Origin: an uncultured delta proteobacterium
GTDB lineage: Bacteria; Myxococcota_A; Polyangia; Fen-1088
Reading direction: 5' to 3'
NCBI GenBank assembly: GCA_963796685.1
Contig: CAWCMR010000001.1
Coordinates: 64,001-128,000 of the forward strand
DNA: 64,000 nucleotides
Positions 10,912 to 19,111 of the stretch are shown one piece after another (position 1 is the first letter of the stretch; every line of letters starts with the position of its first letter). A program made the position numbers and the translations under genes. The notes under the pieces are model-generated. The model was given only the letters and a program-made list of their open reading frames with translations. It did not search any database and was not told the origin of the DNA.

Positions 10912-11237
10912 ACGGCTCGGTCGAATATTGGCACCAGACGCGTTGTCAATCTCGTTAGGACGAAGACGCACGATTCGCGCCAGGCTGCGATCGGCTCTCC
11001 TGGGTTACGCGCTCGCGGTACTTCTGAAGGCGCTCGACGTACTCTCGGGTGCTCTTGGCAAATCGGTGTGTGTGCTCGCGGCACCCATCGCACCTCAATG
11101 TAGCGCCGATCACTGGCAGCGCAGCCGGCGCAATGGGGATGCGCGAAATGTTTACGTGGATGCAATATCACAGAAGCAAAGGCGTGCACCCGGGTGGCAG
11201 GCATGGGGACAAGCGCCCTGGCAGCGCTCAGTCTGGC

Positions 11238-11381
11238 GACGATCGAGCAGAAGAGCGGCATTTCAGCCGCGCTGAGCGCGATCGCCCTATGTCGCCAAAA
11301 CCAATGAGATCAGGCGCTTGGACCCAGATGGCGCCGCGCTCGACCAGATCGCCAACTGGCGCTTCTCGAAGATCGCCTACA
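11238..11381 (+). repeat. Dispersed noncoding repeat, copy A
   Basis: GACGATCGAGCAGAAGAGCGG...CCCTATGTCGCCAAAAC.AATGAGATCAG.CGCTTGGACCCAG shared with 23437 and 25390. Confidence 0.85.
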
Positions 11382-12492
11382 TCGTTGAAGGACAGCCGGT
11401 GATGTGCATCGGTCTGTTCAAACTCGCATTGTCACGTTGATGGATAGTCCCATCACCGAGATTGTCGCCGAGGACGTCCACCCGAATCGTAGCGGTGGTT
11501 ACCTTGCTGACGCCGAGATAGACAAAGACCATCACGCCCAGTGCCGCCAACGCCAGGAGGGCAAGCGGCGATGACAGCAGGACGAGCCCCAGCCGGATGT
11601 CGGGCGGCCGCGCGCATGGAGAAATCAGGGCCAAAGCCGGCACCACGTAGAGGAGGCAGGCGAGCGCCATCCACTGGTAGGCGCTGAGCCGGCCCTTGCC
11701 TCGGTAGTCGGCGCGCAGGAATTCGCTGAAGAAGCGCCACGAGAAGGCCACGCAAAGCGACAGGGTGCCGGCGGCGCGGAAATCCCCGCCGAGAAACAGT
11801 GTCCCGCTCGCCAGGCTTGCCGCAGAAAGCACCACCGCCGACATGGCGGGGATGGGCAGCAAGGGAATGCCCTCGCAATGGCCCGCGTACGCTGCCTTGC
11901 GCGTGCCCCCGAGAACCACCGTCGGCCACCATCCGAAAAGCGCCTTCACGCCGGGACCGCAATCGTCCAACCGGCGCCCGTAACAGCAGCCGAAGCTGAT
12001 GCAGGCAAGTCTGCCGATGCCCTCGCCAAGCGGGTAAGCCACGGCGATGGCGCTGATGAGGGGAACGGCGTCGTCCCGGCCGAGGAGAACGTCCACCCCA
12101 AGGGCGGTCCAGGGCAGAAACAGGGCGGCCACGAACACGGCACCCCCGACGGTGTAGGTTCCGCGTCTGCGCTCGACCAAGCGGGCGACCAGCCCCGCGG
12201 CCGGCAGGGCCACGGCCAGCATCGCGCCGAGCACGAGAACCAAGGCGTGCGCGGGCACGCCGGCTGCACCGGCAAGCACCAACGCGAGGGCAACGGCCAG
12301 CACCATCCCGGTCATTTGCATGACCCCGTACCAGGTCAAATTCACGCCTCGCCACAGGTTCCCGTCGATACGCCGCAAAGGAACCGTGGCCAGGATCTGC
12401 ATGTTCTCGCGGGGGAGCACGCGCAGCCCCCAGGTGAGTATGGCGGATACCAGGCCGCCCTGCCCCAGCACGAAGAGGGTCTCCGCACTCAT
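11377..12492 (-). CDS. Prolipoprotein diacylglyceryl transferase (Lgt)-like membrane protein, non-canonical
   Basis: Multiple TM helices; EGIGRLACISFGCCYG and RFFSEFLRAD Lgt-type motifs; ATGA overlap with upstream gene. Confidence 0.75.
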   Translation of the reverse strand: MSAETLFVLGQGGLVSAILTWGLRVLPRENMQILATVPLRRIDGNLWRGVNLTWYGVMQMTGMVLAVALALVLAGAAGVPAHALVLVLGAMLAVALPAAGLVARLVERRRGTYTVGGAVFVAALFLPWTALGVDVLLGRDDAVPLISAIAVAYPLGEGIGRLACISFGCCYGRRLDDCGPGVKALFGWWPTVVLGGTRKAAYAGHCEGIPLLPIPAMSAVVLSAASLASGTLFLGGDFRAAGTLSLCVAFSWRFFSEFLRADYRGKGRLSAYQWMALACLLYVVPALALISPCARPPDIRLGLVLLSSPLALLALAALGVMVFVYLGVSKVTTATIRVDVLGDNLGDGTIHQRDNASLNRPMHITGCPSTM

Positions 12493-13511
12493 GCCACGGG
12501 CTCCGCGACGCCCAGTCGCTGGGCGATGGACGAGCGCACGCGCACCTCGGTTTCGGCCAGAGGCGCGCGGAAGGCGAGAGAAAATCGGCTGGCCACGTCG
12601 GAGCGTTGCTGGGCGCGCACGAGATCGGGGCTCATGCGCACGCGGCCGCGCTCGAAGAGCAGGACATCGGTGCTGCCGCCCGGCCGGTATCGACTCTTGG
12701 GTGCCCCCCGGCGCAGGAACAGTCCCCGCGTCATGGGCTTGGGCGAAGCGTATTTCTCCTCGCTGTAGCACTGGACGATGTCGCCGATCATCAGGGCCGC
12801 GACCTCCACCATGGCCACCAAGCCCACCTGACTGCCGCCCTGCACGTCGGTGTCGATGAGGGTCACGTGGCGGCGATTCTTGGAATAAGGCGTGACCACC
12901 TCGACCACCGCCGCGGGATTGCAGGCATGGCAGGCACCGTCGAGCGCGAAGAAATCCTTCACCACGCCGGCCACCGGCGCATGGTTGTAGTGATACTTGT
13001 CGAGGGTCAGTCGAAAAACGGCCCAGTCGCCGTCGGCGAAACGCCGCCACCAAGCGTGCCCACCCAGCAGCTCCTTCAGGTCGAAGAACTTGCCCTTGAT
13101 GAAGAGCGGGCTGCCGTCCGCAAACGATCCGCACACCAGGCGCGAGTCGGCGGGGGCGACCACGGCGTGCTCGTCCTTGCTCATGGGCCGCCGCTCCCAA
13201 TAGCGAATCTTGCGCTCGAAGACCTGGGCCAGCGAGCGCAGACTGTCGGGGTCGTCGAGACATTCCGTCCAGTCCATGCCACACGAGAGCATGAAGCGCC
13301 GGCCGCCGGCGAAGCAGCGGCCCACGAATGAGTCGTAGTTGAGGAAGCCGAGGAACGACGACATGCGCGGGCTGGTCATGGCCGCGAACAGGCGCGGGGC
13401 CTTCTCGCGCACGGGCGAGTAGAGGAAGCGAATGGCGCTGTCCCAGTACAGCCGTTCGTCGCGCACGCCGCCCGATACGCGGTCGATGTACTGGTGGACG
13501 CCGTCACGCAT
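12489..13511 (-). CDS. Phosphatidylserine decarboxylase-family proenzyme
   Basis: VAPADSR, IKGKFFDLKELL, FRL..DKYHYNHAPVAG, NRR, and PGGST self-cleavage motif. Confidence 0.88.
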   Translation of the reverse strand: MRDGVHQYIDRVSGGVRDERLYWDSAIRFLYSPVREKAPRLFAAMTSPRMSSFLGFLNYDSFVGRCFAGGRRFMLSCGMDWTECLDDPDSLRSLAQVFERKIRYWERRPMSKDEHAVVAPADSRLVCGSFADGSPLFIKGKFFDLKELLGGHAWWRRFADGDWAVFRLTLDKYHYNHAPVAGVVKDFFALDGACHACNPAAVVEVVTPYSKNRRHVTLIDTDVQGGSQVGLVAMVEVAALMIGDIVQCYSEEKYASPKPMTRGLFLRRGAPKSRYRPGGSTDVLLFERGRVRMSPDLVRAQQRSDVASRFSLAFRAPLAETEVRVRSSIAQRLGVAEPVA

Positions 13512-15879
13512 CGCCGCCCTCGCCCACCACGGTCACCGCCAGGATCAGGCTGATGAGACGCAAGATCTCCTCCGTGTTCAGCCGATCGTCGAGGAGCTCG
13601 CCGTGCACGGCCGCGAGATAGGCATCGGGGTTGGCGAGCAATCCGAGATCGCCCCACTGCACGCCCCACAGGCGCGCGGCGGCCGAGGAAAGCTCCTCCC
13701 GCAAAAGCAACAGGGCCTCGTCGATCTGCGCGCGACGCAAGCGCCCGCGGTAATAGCGCTCGGCCGCCAGGTTGAAGGTGCGCGCCTCGACCTTCATGGG
13801 ATCGCGTGCCCCGGTCTCGCCCAGGATGCCCTGAAGAAGCCGGTGGGACGCCCGCGCCGTGGGATCCGCGAGACGGTGATCCAGCTCGTCGAGGACTTCG
13901 CCCATGCCGAGCGTTTCGATGAGATCGGGGGCCTCCTGGCGCAACAGGCGCAACAGCCCTCGGCGGTACTCATCGGTGCGAACCCTGTTGTAACCGGGGT
14001 AGCGCCGGCTGGGCCGAATCTCGTGGGTGTGTGAAAGAACGGCTTTGAGAAACCGATTGGTGGTGGCCTCGTGGACGAAGAAGGTCGGCAGACCGATGGC
14101 GCAGTCGAACACCACCTGCCGGCGCTCGCTCTCGATGGTGGGATCGTCGGGAATGTGGGCGTGCGTGAAACGGCCGGTGGCCATGCAGCGGTAAGCAAAA
14201 GCGCACAGTAGGCGCTGCAACCCGACCGCGTGTCCCATGTCCTCGCCGAAACGCTCGAACAGGCTGTATTGCCGGGCCTCGAAGCCCGAGAACCCCATGA
14301 CCGCCTGCTCGCGCAATTTGACCAGCAGGTAAAGCGACATGCGCGTGTCGAACACGCCCAGACTGGCCAAGTCGCGCTTGAGCCGGTCCGAGTTGCCAAG
14401 CACGCCGGAAAGCGACGGGCTGGTATTCGTGCTGAGCAGGAACACGAGATAATCGATGAGCCTGAAGTCAGGCACCCAGTCCCCGCGCAGACCGAAGACC
14501 GAGCTCAGCGCGCGGTCGATCCACGCGGGCCCGCAGGGCGTGAAGGTGATGCCCAGGGCGCGCAGATTGGCCTTGCCCTTCCAGCGCCGCCACAACATAC
14601 GCAGGTGGGTGAAGTCGAGCTCGTGGGGCAAAAAGCCGAGAGCGCTCTCAGGATGAAAGTCCTGAAACCCCAAACGGTAGGGCGCGGCGCTGTACGTGCC
14701 CACGAACAGCGGCAAGAAATGCTCCATGATCTTGATGGCCAGATCGCCGAAATACTTCTCGTCGCGCGCGCCGAATCCGGAATCGCCGGTGGCAAGGAGG
14801 CCGGTCAGGCGCTTGCTGCCGATGCTGACATGCACGCCGTTGTTGGCCAGGCTGAGATTCGACGTGTTCGGCATCACGACCAGGTTGTTGACGATGATGC
14901 CGGCGTCGCGCAGCTTCTTCACGCCGTTGAGCTGGCTGCGCGAAACCACCTCGTGGCAAAGCCCCATGTAGGCGCTCTTGTCTTCCCCACGATCCCAGCC
15001 CGACAGGCACGGGTTCATGAACAGCTCGCGATAGAAGGAGTCCGAAATGAGTCTGTTCAGCTCGCGCTGCCGGACGGGCGGCGTGGGGGCGTGACAGGCG
15101 GCCGCCTTTTGCCCGGTGGCCTCCAGCTCGTAGCGCCGGTTGGCGTAGGCGAGAAGAAGCTGCGTGAGCAGAAAGCGTCGCCCGGACTCCCGGGCCAGCG
15201 TGCGTCCGCCGCCAGCTTCGGGCGCGAGATTGACGACATTGAACGAGCAGGTCTCGGGCGAGGTGTTGTCGCTCATGAAATGGGCGAAGAGGCGCCGCCC
15301 GGTCTTGCGCACGGCCTCGGGCCGTTCGGGCAGGGCCGACACCGCGTCGGCCAGCGCCAGCTTGAGGAGATAGCTGATGGGAACGCGCGCGTACTCGATG
15401 CCCCGCTCCACCGCGATGAACTTATCCGCATCGCCGCGCAGGCGGTTCGATCCATCGGACTTGTCGGCGCACAAGTCGCCTGCGAAGACCTCGGCAGCCG
15501 CCGCTCCGAGCAACCGGCGCGGGAAGCGCACCCAGTCGTTGTCCCAGACCTGGTCGGGGTTGGCATCGAGGAAGCGCTCGAGGGCGTGCGCTTGCCTGGG
15601 AGCGGTGTCGCCCACGGCTGCCCGGCGCAGGATGTTGGCCAGGAAGTCCGAGCCCGCGATCGCCAAGGGCAGATCCACCGTGGAACGGCTGCCCTGCACG
15701 GACGCCTGTAGCTCGGCCTCGGCGCCGCCGGTTGCATCGGCGCCCACGAAGGGTAAGCGCCCGACGTCCTGCGCGGAAGCCATCCCCAGCGCCGAGCGCA
15801 ATCGCTCGATGCTTGGCGCGGCGCCAAGCGCCGCCGCGACCCCTTGCGAAGAAGGGGCGACCCCGGCCTGCCGGCTCAT
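13504..15879 (-). CDS. Large hypothetical protein, putative glutamine-synthetase/GCS-fold carboxylate-amine ligase
   Basis: ~790 aa coherent ORF coupled to the decarboxylase gene; motifs TGGAEAELQ, NTSPET, NNGVHVSIG, GFEAR. The ORF is secure; the function is inferred. Confidence 0.6.
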   Translation of the reverse strand: MSRQAGVAPSSQGVAAALGAAPSIERLRSALGMASAQDVGRLPFVGADATGGAEAELQASVQGSRSTVDLPLAIAGSDFLANILRRAAVGDTAPRQAHALERFLDANPDQVWDNDWVRFPRRLLGAAAAEVFAGDLCADKSDGSNRLRGDADKFIAVERGIEYARVPISYLLKLALADAVSALPERPEAVRKTGRRLFAHFMSDNTSPETCSFNVVNLAPEAGGGRTLARESGRRFLLTQLLLAYANRRYELEATGQKAAACHAPTPPVRQRELNRLISDSFYRELFMNPCLSGWDRGEDKSAYMGLCHEVVSRSQLNGVKKLRDAGIIVNNLVVMPNTSNLSLANNGVHVSIGSKRLTGLLATGDSGFGARDEKYFGDLAIKIMEHFLPLFVGTYSAAPYRLGFQDFHPESALGFLPHELDFTHLRMLWRRWKGKANLRALGITFTPCGPAWIDRALSSVFGLRGDWVPDFRLIDYLVFLLSTNTSPSLSGVLGNSDRLKRDLASLGVFDTRMSLYLLVKLREQAVMGFSGFEARQYSLFERFGEDMGHAVGLQRLLCAFAYRCMATGRFTHAHIPDDPTIESERRQVVFDCAIGLPTFFVHEATTNRFLKAVLSHTHEIRPSRRYPGYNRVRTDEYRRGLLRLLRQEAPDLIETLGMGEVLDELDHRLADPTARASHRLLQGILGETGARDPMKVEARTFNLAAERYYRGRLRRAQIDEALLLLREELSSAAARLWGVQWGDLGLLANPDAYLAAVHGELLDDRLNTEEILRLISLILAVTVVGEGGDA

Positions 15880-16264
15880 GACCGGCTCCGGGGGCGAAAT
15901 CGTGGATGGACTGCAGTTTCCACGGAATTCGATTGTCCGCCTTCCATGTGTCGAAACGCGCACGTTTTGCCGAACTTTCTGTGAGCAATGCCGCTGGCAA
16001 CGCATGACGCATAACAGGCCTATTCCCGAGGACAGCACAGGTTTGTAACCAACCCATCTGCAGAGATGCGGCGCCGTGTCCACACAACGAGAGTGACGAT
16101 CGCACGACGTCTTTGAGACAGGGGGGTGAATTCGACGCGAGGCCCTCCGCTTGTCATTGTATTCCACCTCCGAACCGGGCCAGTCTCGGCGGCGGAAGAC
16201 GAGGCATGACATCCTACGCGGGCAGATCTGGTAGGCGGACGACCAAGCGGGAGCGCATTCGGCC

Positions 16265-17080
16265 GTGAACGATCCCACCTACTTCATGGAAAGCGAGGAC
16301 GAATCCCTGCGCCTGGACATCAAGACCGACCCCGGCGCGGTGGAGGAGCAAGCACGCTGGGCTGGCGTCGGTCCGGGTATGCGGGTGGTCGACCTGGGCT
16401 GTGGCGCCGGCAGGACGACCCACATCTTGCACCGGCTGGTCCAGCCGGGCGGTGAGGTGGTCGGGATCGACGGCTCGCCGCAACGGATCGCGTACGCCAA
16501 GGAGAATTTTTCCGAAAGCGGAATCGCCTACTTGCAGAGAAACGTTCGCGACCCGCTCGTCGAGGTGGGTATGTTCGACCTGGTATGGAGCCGGTTTTTG
16601 CTCGAGTACTTCGCCGACGAATCGTTCGCCATCGTCAAGAGCGCTTACCAAGCCCTCGCACCGGGAGGAACCATCTGCCTGATCGATCTCGACCAGAACT
16701 GTCTGGGACACTTCGGTGCGCCCGCACGGCTTGAAAAGACCTTATGCAACGTCGTGCTTGCCATGGCGAGACAATACGGTTTCGACCCTTTTGTCGGCAG
16801 AAAACTCTACGCCTACCTTTACGACCTGGGATGCGCGGATATCGAGGTGCGGATGTCGGCTCACCACCTCATCTACGGAGAGCTGTCCGAGACCGATCGC
16901 TTCAACTGGTTGTCCAAGGCCGAGGCGACCCGGAATGCTGCGGGGCTCTTCGCCGACAGCTACCCCGGCGGGTACGAGGAATTCCGACGCGAGTTGGTCG
17001 CCTACCTCGAGCACCCCAGGCGGTTCATCTACACGCCCCTCATCATGTGCAAGGGGAAGAAGCCAGCCGCTGGGGGATGA
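16265..17080 (+). CDS. Class I SAM-dependent methyltransferase
   Basis: VVDLGCGAG, VVGIDGS, FDLVWSRFLLEY, LAPGG motifs. Confidence 0.9.
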   Translation: MNDPTYFMESEDESLRLDIKTDPGAVEEQARWAGVGPGMRVVDLGCGAGRTTHILHRLVQPGGEVVGIDGSPQRIAYAKENFSESGIAYLQRNVRDPLVEVGMFDLVWSRFLLEYFADESFAIVKSAYQALAPGGTICLIDLDQNCLGHFGAPARLEKTLCNVVLAMARQYGFDPFVGRKLYAYLYDLGCADIEVRMSAHHLIYGELSETDRFNWLSKAEATRNAAGLFADSYPGGYEEFRRELVAYLEHPRRFIYTPLIMCKGKKPAAGG

Positions 17081-17086
17081 CCCAGC

Positions 17087-19111
17087 TCAAGCAATCTTCA
17101 GCGCAACCGGCGTCTTGGGCGCAGGAGTCTCCTCGGGCAGCGGAGTCTCCTCGGGCGGTCGCGCCGACACCGGGGCCCCAAGCTCGAGCTGGGCGGGATA
17201 GGCCTGCTCGAAGTAGCGAAGAAAGGCATCCACCAGGCGGGGCTCGAAGCTCTTGCCAGCCTCTCGCTTCAGAAGCGCGATGGCCTCTTCTCTGCGCATG
17301 GGCTCGCGGTAGTGCCGCTTGGCGGTGATGGCCTCGAAGAAGTCGGCCACGCCTATGATCCGCGCTCCCAGCGGTATCTGCTCTCCCCCGAGCCCCCGGG
17401 GGTACCCGCTGCCGTCCATCTTTTCGTGGTGCGCGCCAGCGATGGCCGGGACCTGCCGGTAGATGCCCTCGAAGCTGATCTGGCGCAAAATCTTCTCGGT
17501 TTGCTCCGCGTGAATCTTGACCAGCTCGTACTCGCGGGCGTTCAGCCGTCCAGGCTTGCGTAGGATCGCGTCCGGCACCGCGAGCTTGCCGTAGTCGTGC
17601 AAGAGCGCCGCCGTCGAAATTACCTCGCGCTGCTCTTGCGAAAGCCCGAGCTCGTCGCAGATTCCCACCGCGTACTCCGTGACCTTGTCCGAGTGACCCC
17701 GGGTGAGCGGATCGCGCGCGTCGATGCTGGCGGCCAGCCCGCGTAAGATCGAACGGAATTGACGATCCTTGGATTTCAGAAGCTCTTCGTTGCGCAAACT
17801 GATGCCGACCACTGCGGCCACACCGATGAGCAGGCTGCGGTCGGTCTCGACCAGCGGTCGCTTGGTCTTGACATTGTCAACCGCCAGAACGCCGATCGAT
17901 TCCCCGTTGCTAACGATGGGGCAGCAGATGAAGGACTCCGCACCCAGCTCTTCGGCATAGGACATGCTCTTGAGAGAGAGATCTTCTTCAATTGCCTCCA
18001 GGTTGCTCACCAGAAACGACCTCTGTTGCTTGAAACAGAGCACGAAGACGCCCCGCGATCCCGGCCTGTCCAGGTGAAAGGAGGTTCGCCGCAAGAGCTT
18101 GATCTGACGGTCGTCGTGGCCGTATCCGGCGCCGAAAACGAGGTGCTTGCTGCCGCGGTCCGCCAGCAGGATCATGCAGCGGTCGTAGTCGAGCCACTTC
18201 TTGCAAGCTTTCACCACGCTGGAAAGCACATCTACCGAGCCGGAACGCCTGCTGATGGACTGGCCGATCTCGCTGGTCAAGACCGCGTTGTTGTGGTTCA
18301 CCTCGATCTGGTGGACGAGTTGATGGGTCGAGTCGAACAGGCTGTGCAGGCTCGCGGCCATGTCCTTCTTTTCGAGCGAAAGGTAGAGCGCGGTGAGGAG
18401 CGCCAGGATCGCGAGCGCCCCCGGCAAGACCTGGGTCACGCCGAAAAGGGGCGCACGGATGGCGGACCAGACAACCAGCGGGAGGAGGAATGCGGCCGCA
18501 TGGTTCCGCGCCCGCTTGAACAGGTCCGCTCTGGATACGTTCCAGGAAATGATGTACCGGCAGGTTTGTCCCCCTCGGAAGAGGCACTCCGGATGTTCGA
18601 CCTCCGGCGTCCCACGCGCGAACAAGAGGGTAACTGCTTCGAAAAAGCCCATGCGATTCTCGCATTGATAGGGCTTCTCCTGCACACCCGGCTCGAAGGT
18701 GGTGGTGACTTCCACCCGGTTCGAGCTGAGGCTCCGCGATGCAAGGGTCGAGGAACGGGTCAATCTGCGCGCGCCTCTTCCAATCAGCTCGTAGGCTCTG
18801 CCAGGCCCGACTGCGCCTAGAATGAGGAGCTGCATGGCTCCCATGGCATCCGGAGACGCGGCATAGCGGCCGGCCTCGCGCGCGATCGACGCGTTGCTGG
18901 TCAAGAAGGATAGCCTCTCGTAAAAACGGTCGGTCTGGTCCTGGGTGAACCAGTGCCCTTCGTCGGCCACCTCGTGGGCGGTCATACCGGCGTACTCCAG
19001 CAGACTCGAAACCCGGACCTGCGGATATTTCCTCTCGATGAGTCGTATGTAATTGTCGATGATTCGACTGTTATACAGGCGGCGACCGTCGCTTGTCATC
19101 GGAGCTCCCAT
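17087..19111 (-). CDS. HD-GYP phosphodiesterase with N-terminal V4R/H-NOX-like region, 2 TM helices and GAF domain
   Basis: IDARDPLTRGHS, LLHDYGK, HHEKMDGSGYP, ADFFEA; EHPECLFRGGQTCRYII V4R-like motif; ICCPIV...IGVLAVDN GAF. Confidence 0.9.
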   Translation of the reverse strand: MGAPMTSDGRRLYNSRIIDNYIRLIERKYPQVRVSSLLEYAGMTAHEVADEGHWFTQDQTDRFYERLSFLTSNASIAREAGRYAASPDAMGAMQLLILGAVGPGRAYELIGRGARRLTRSSTLASRSLSSNRVEVTTTFEPGVQEKPYQCENRMGFFEAVTLLFARGTPEVEHPECLFRGGQTCRYIISWNVSRADLFKRARNHAAAFLLPLVVWSAIRAPLFGVTQVLPGALAILALLTALYLSLEKKDMAASLHSLFDSTHQLVHQIEVNHNNAVLTSEIGQSISRRSGSVDVLSSVVKACKKWLDYDRCMILLADRGSKHLVFGAGYGHDDRQIKLLRRTSFHLDRPGSRGVFVLCFKQQRSFLVSNLEAIEEDLSLKSMSYAEELGAESFICCPIVSNGESIGVLAVDNVKTKRPLVETDRSLLIGVAAVVGISLRNEELLKSKDRQFRSILRGLAASIDARDPLTRGHSDKVTEYAVGICDELGLSQEQREVISTAALLHDYGKLAVPDAILRKPGRLNAREYELVKIHAEQTEKILRQISFEGIYRQVPAIAGAHHEKMDGSGYPRGLGGEQIPLGARIIGVADFFEAITAKRHYREPMRREEAIALLKREAGKSFEPRLVDAFLRYFEQAYPAQLELGAPVSARPPEETPLPEETPAPKTPVALKIA

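Noticed and set aside
17125-17157. Short tandem repeat GGAGTCTCCTCGGGC twice
   Set aside because: Encodes PEETP twice in the disordered tail of the HD-GYP protein
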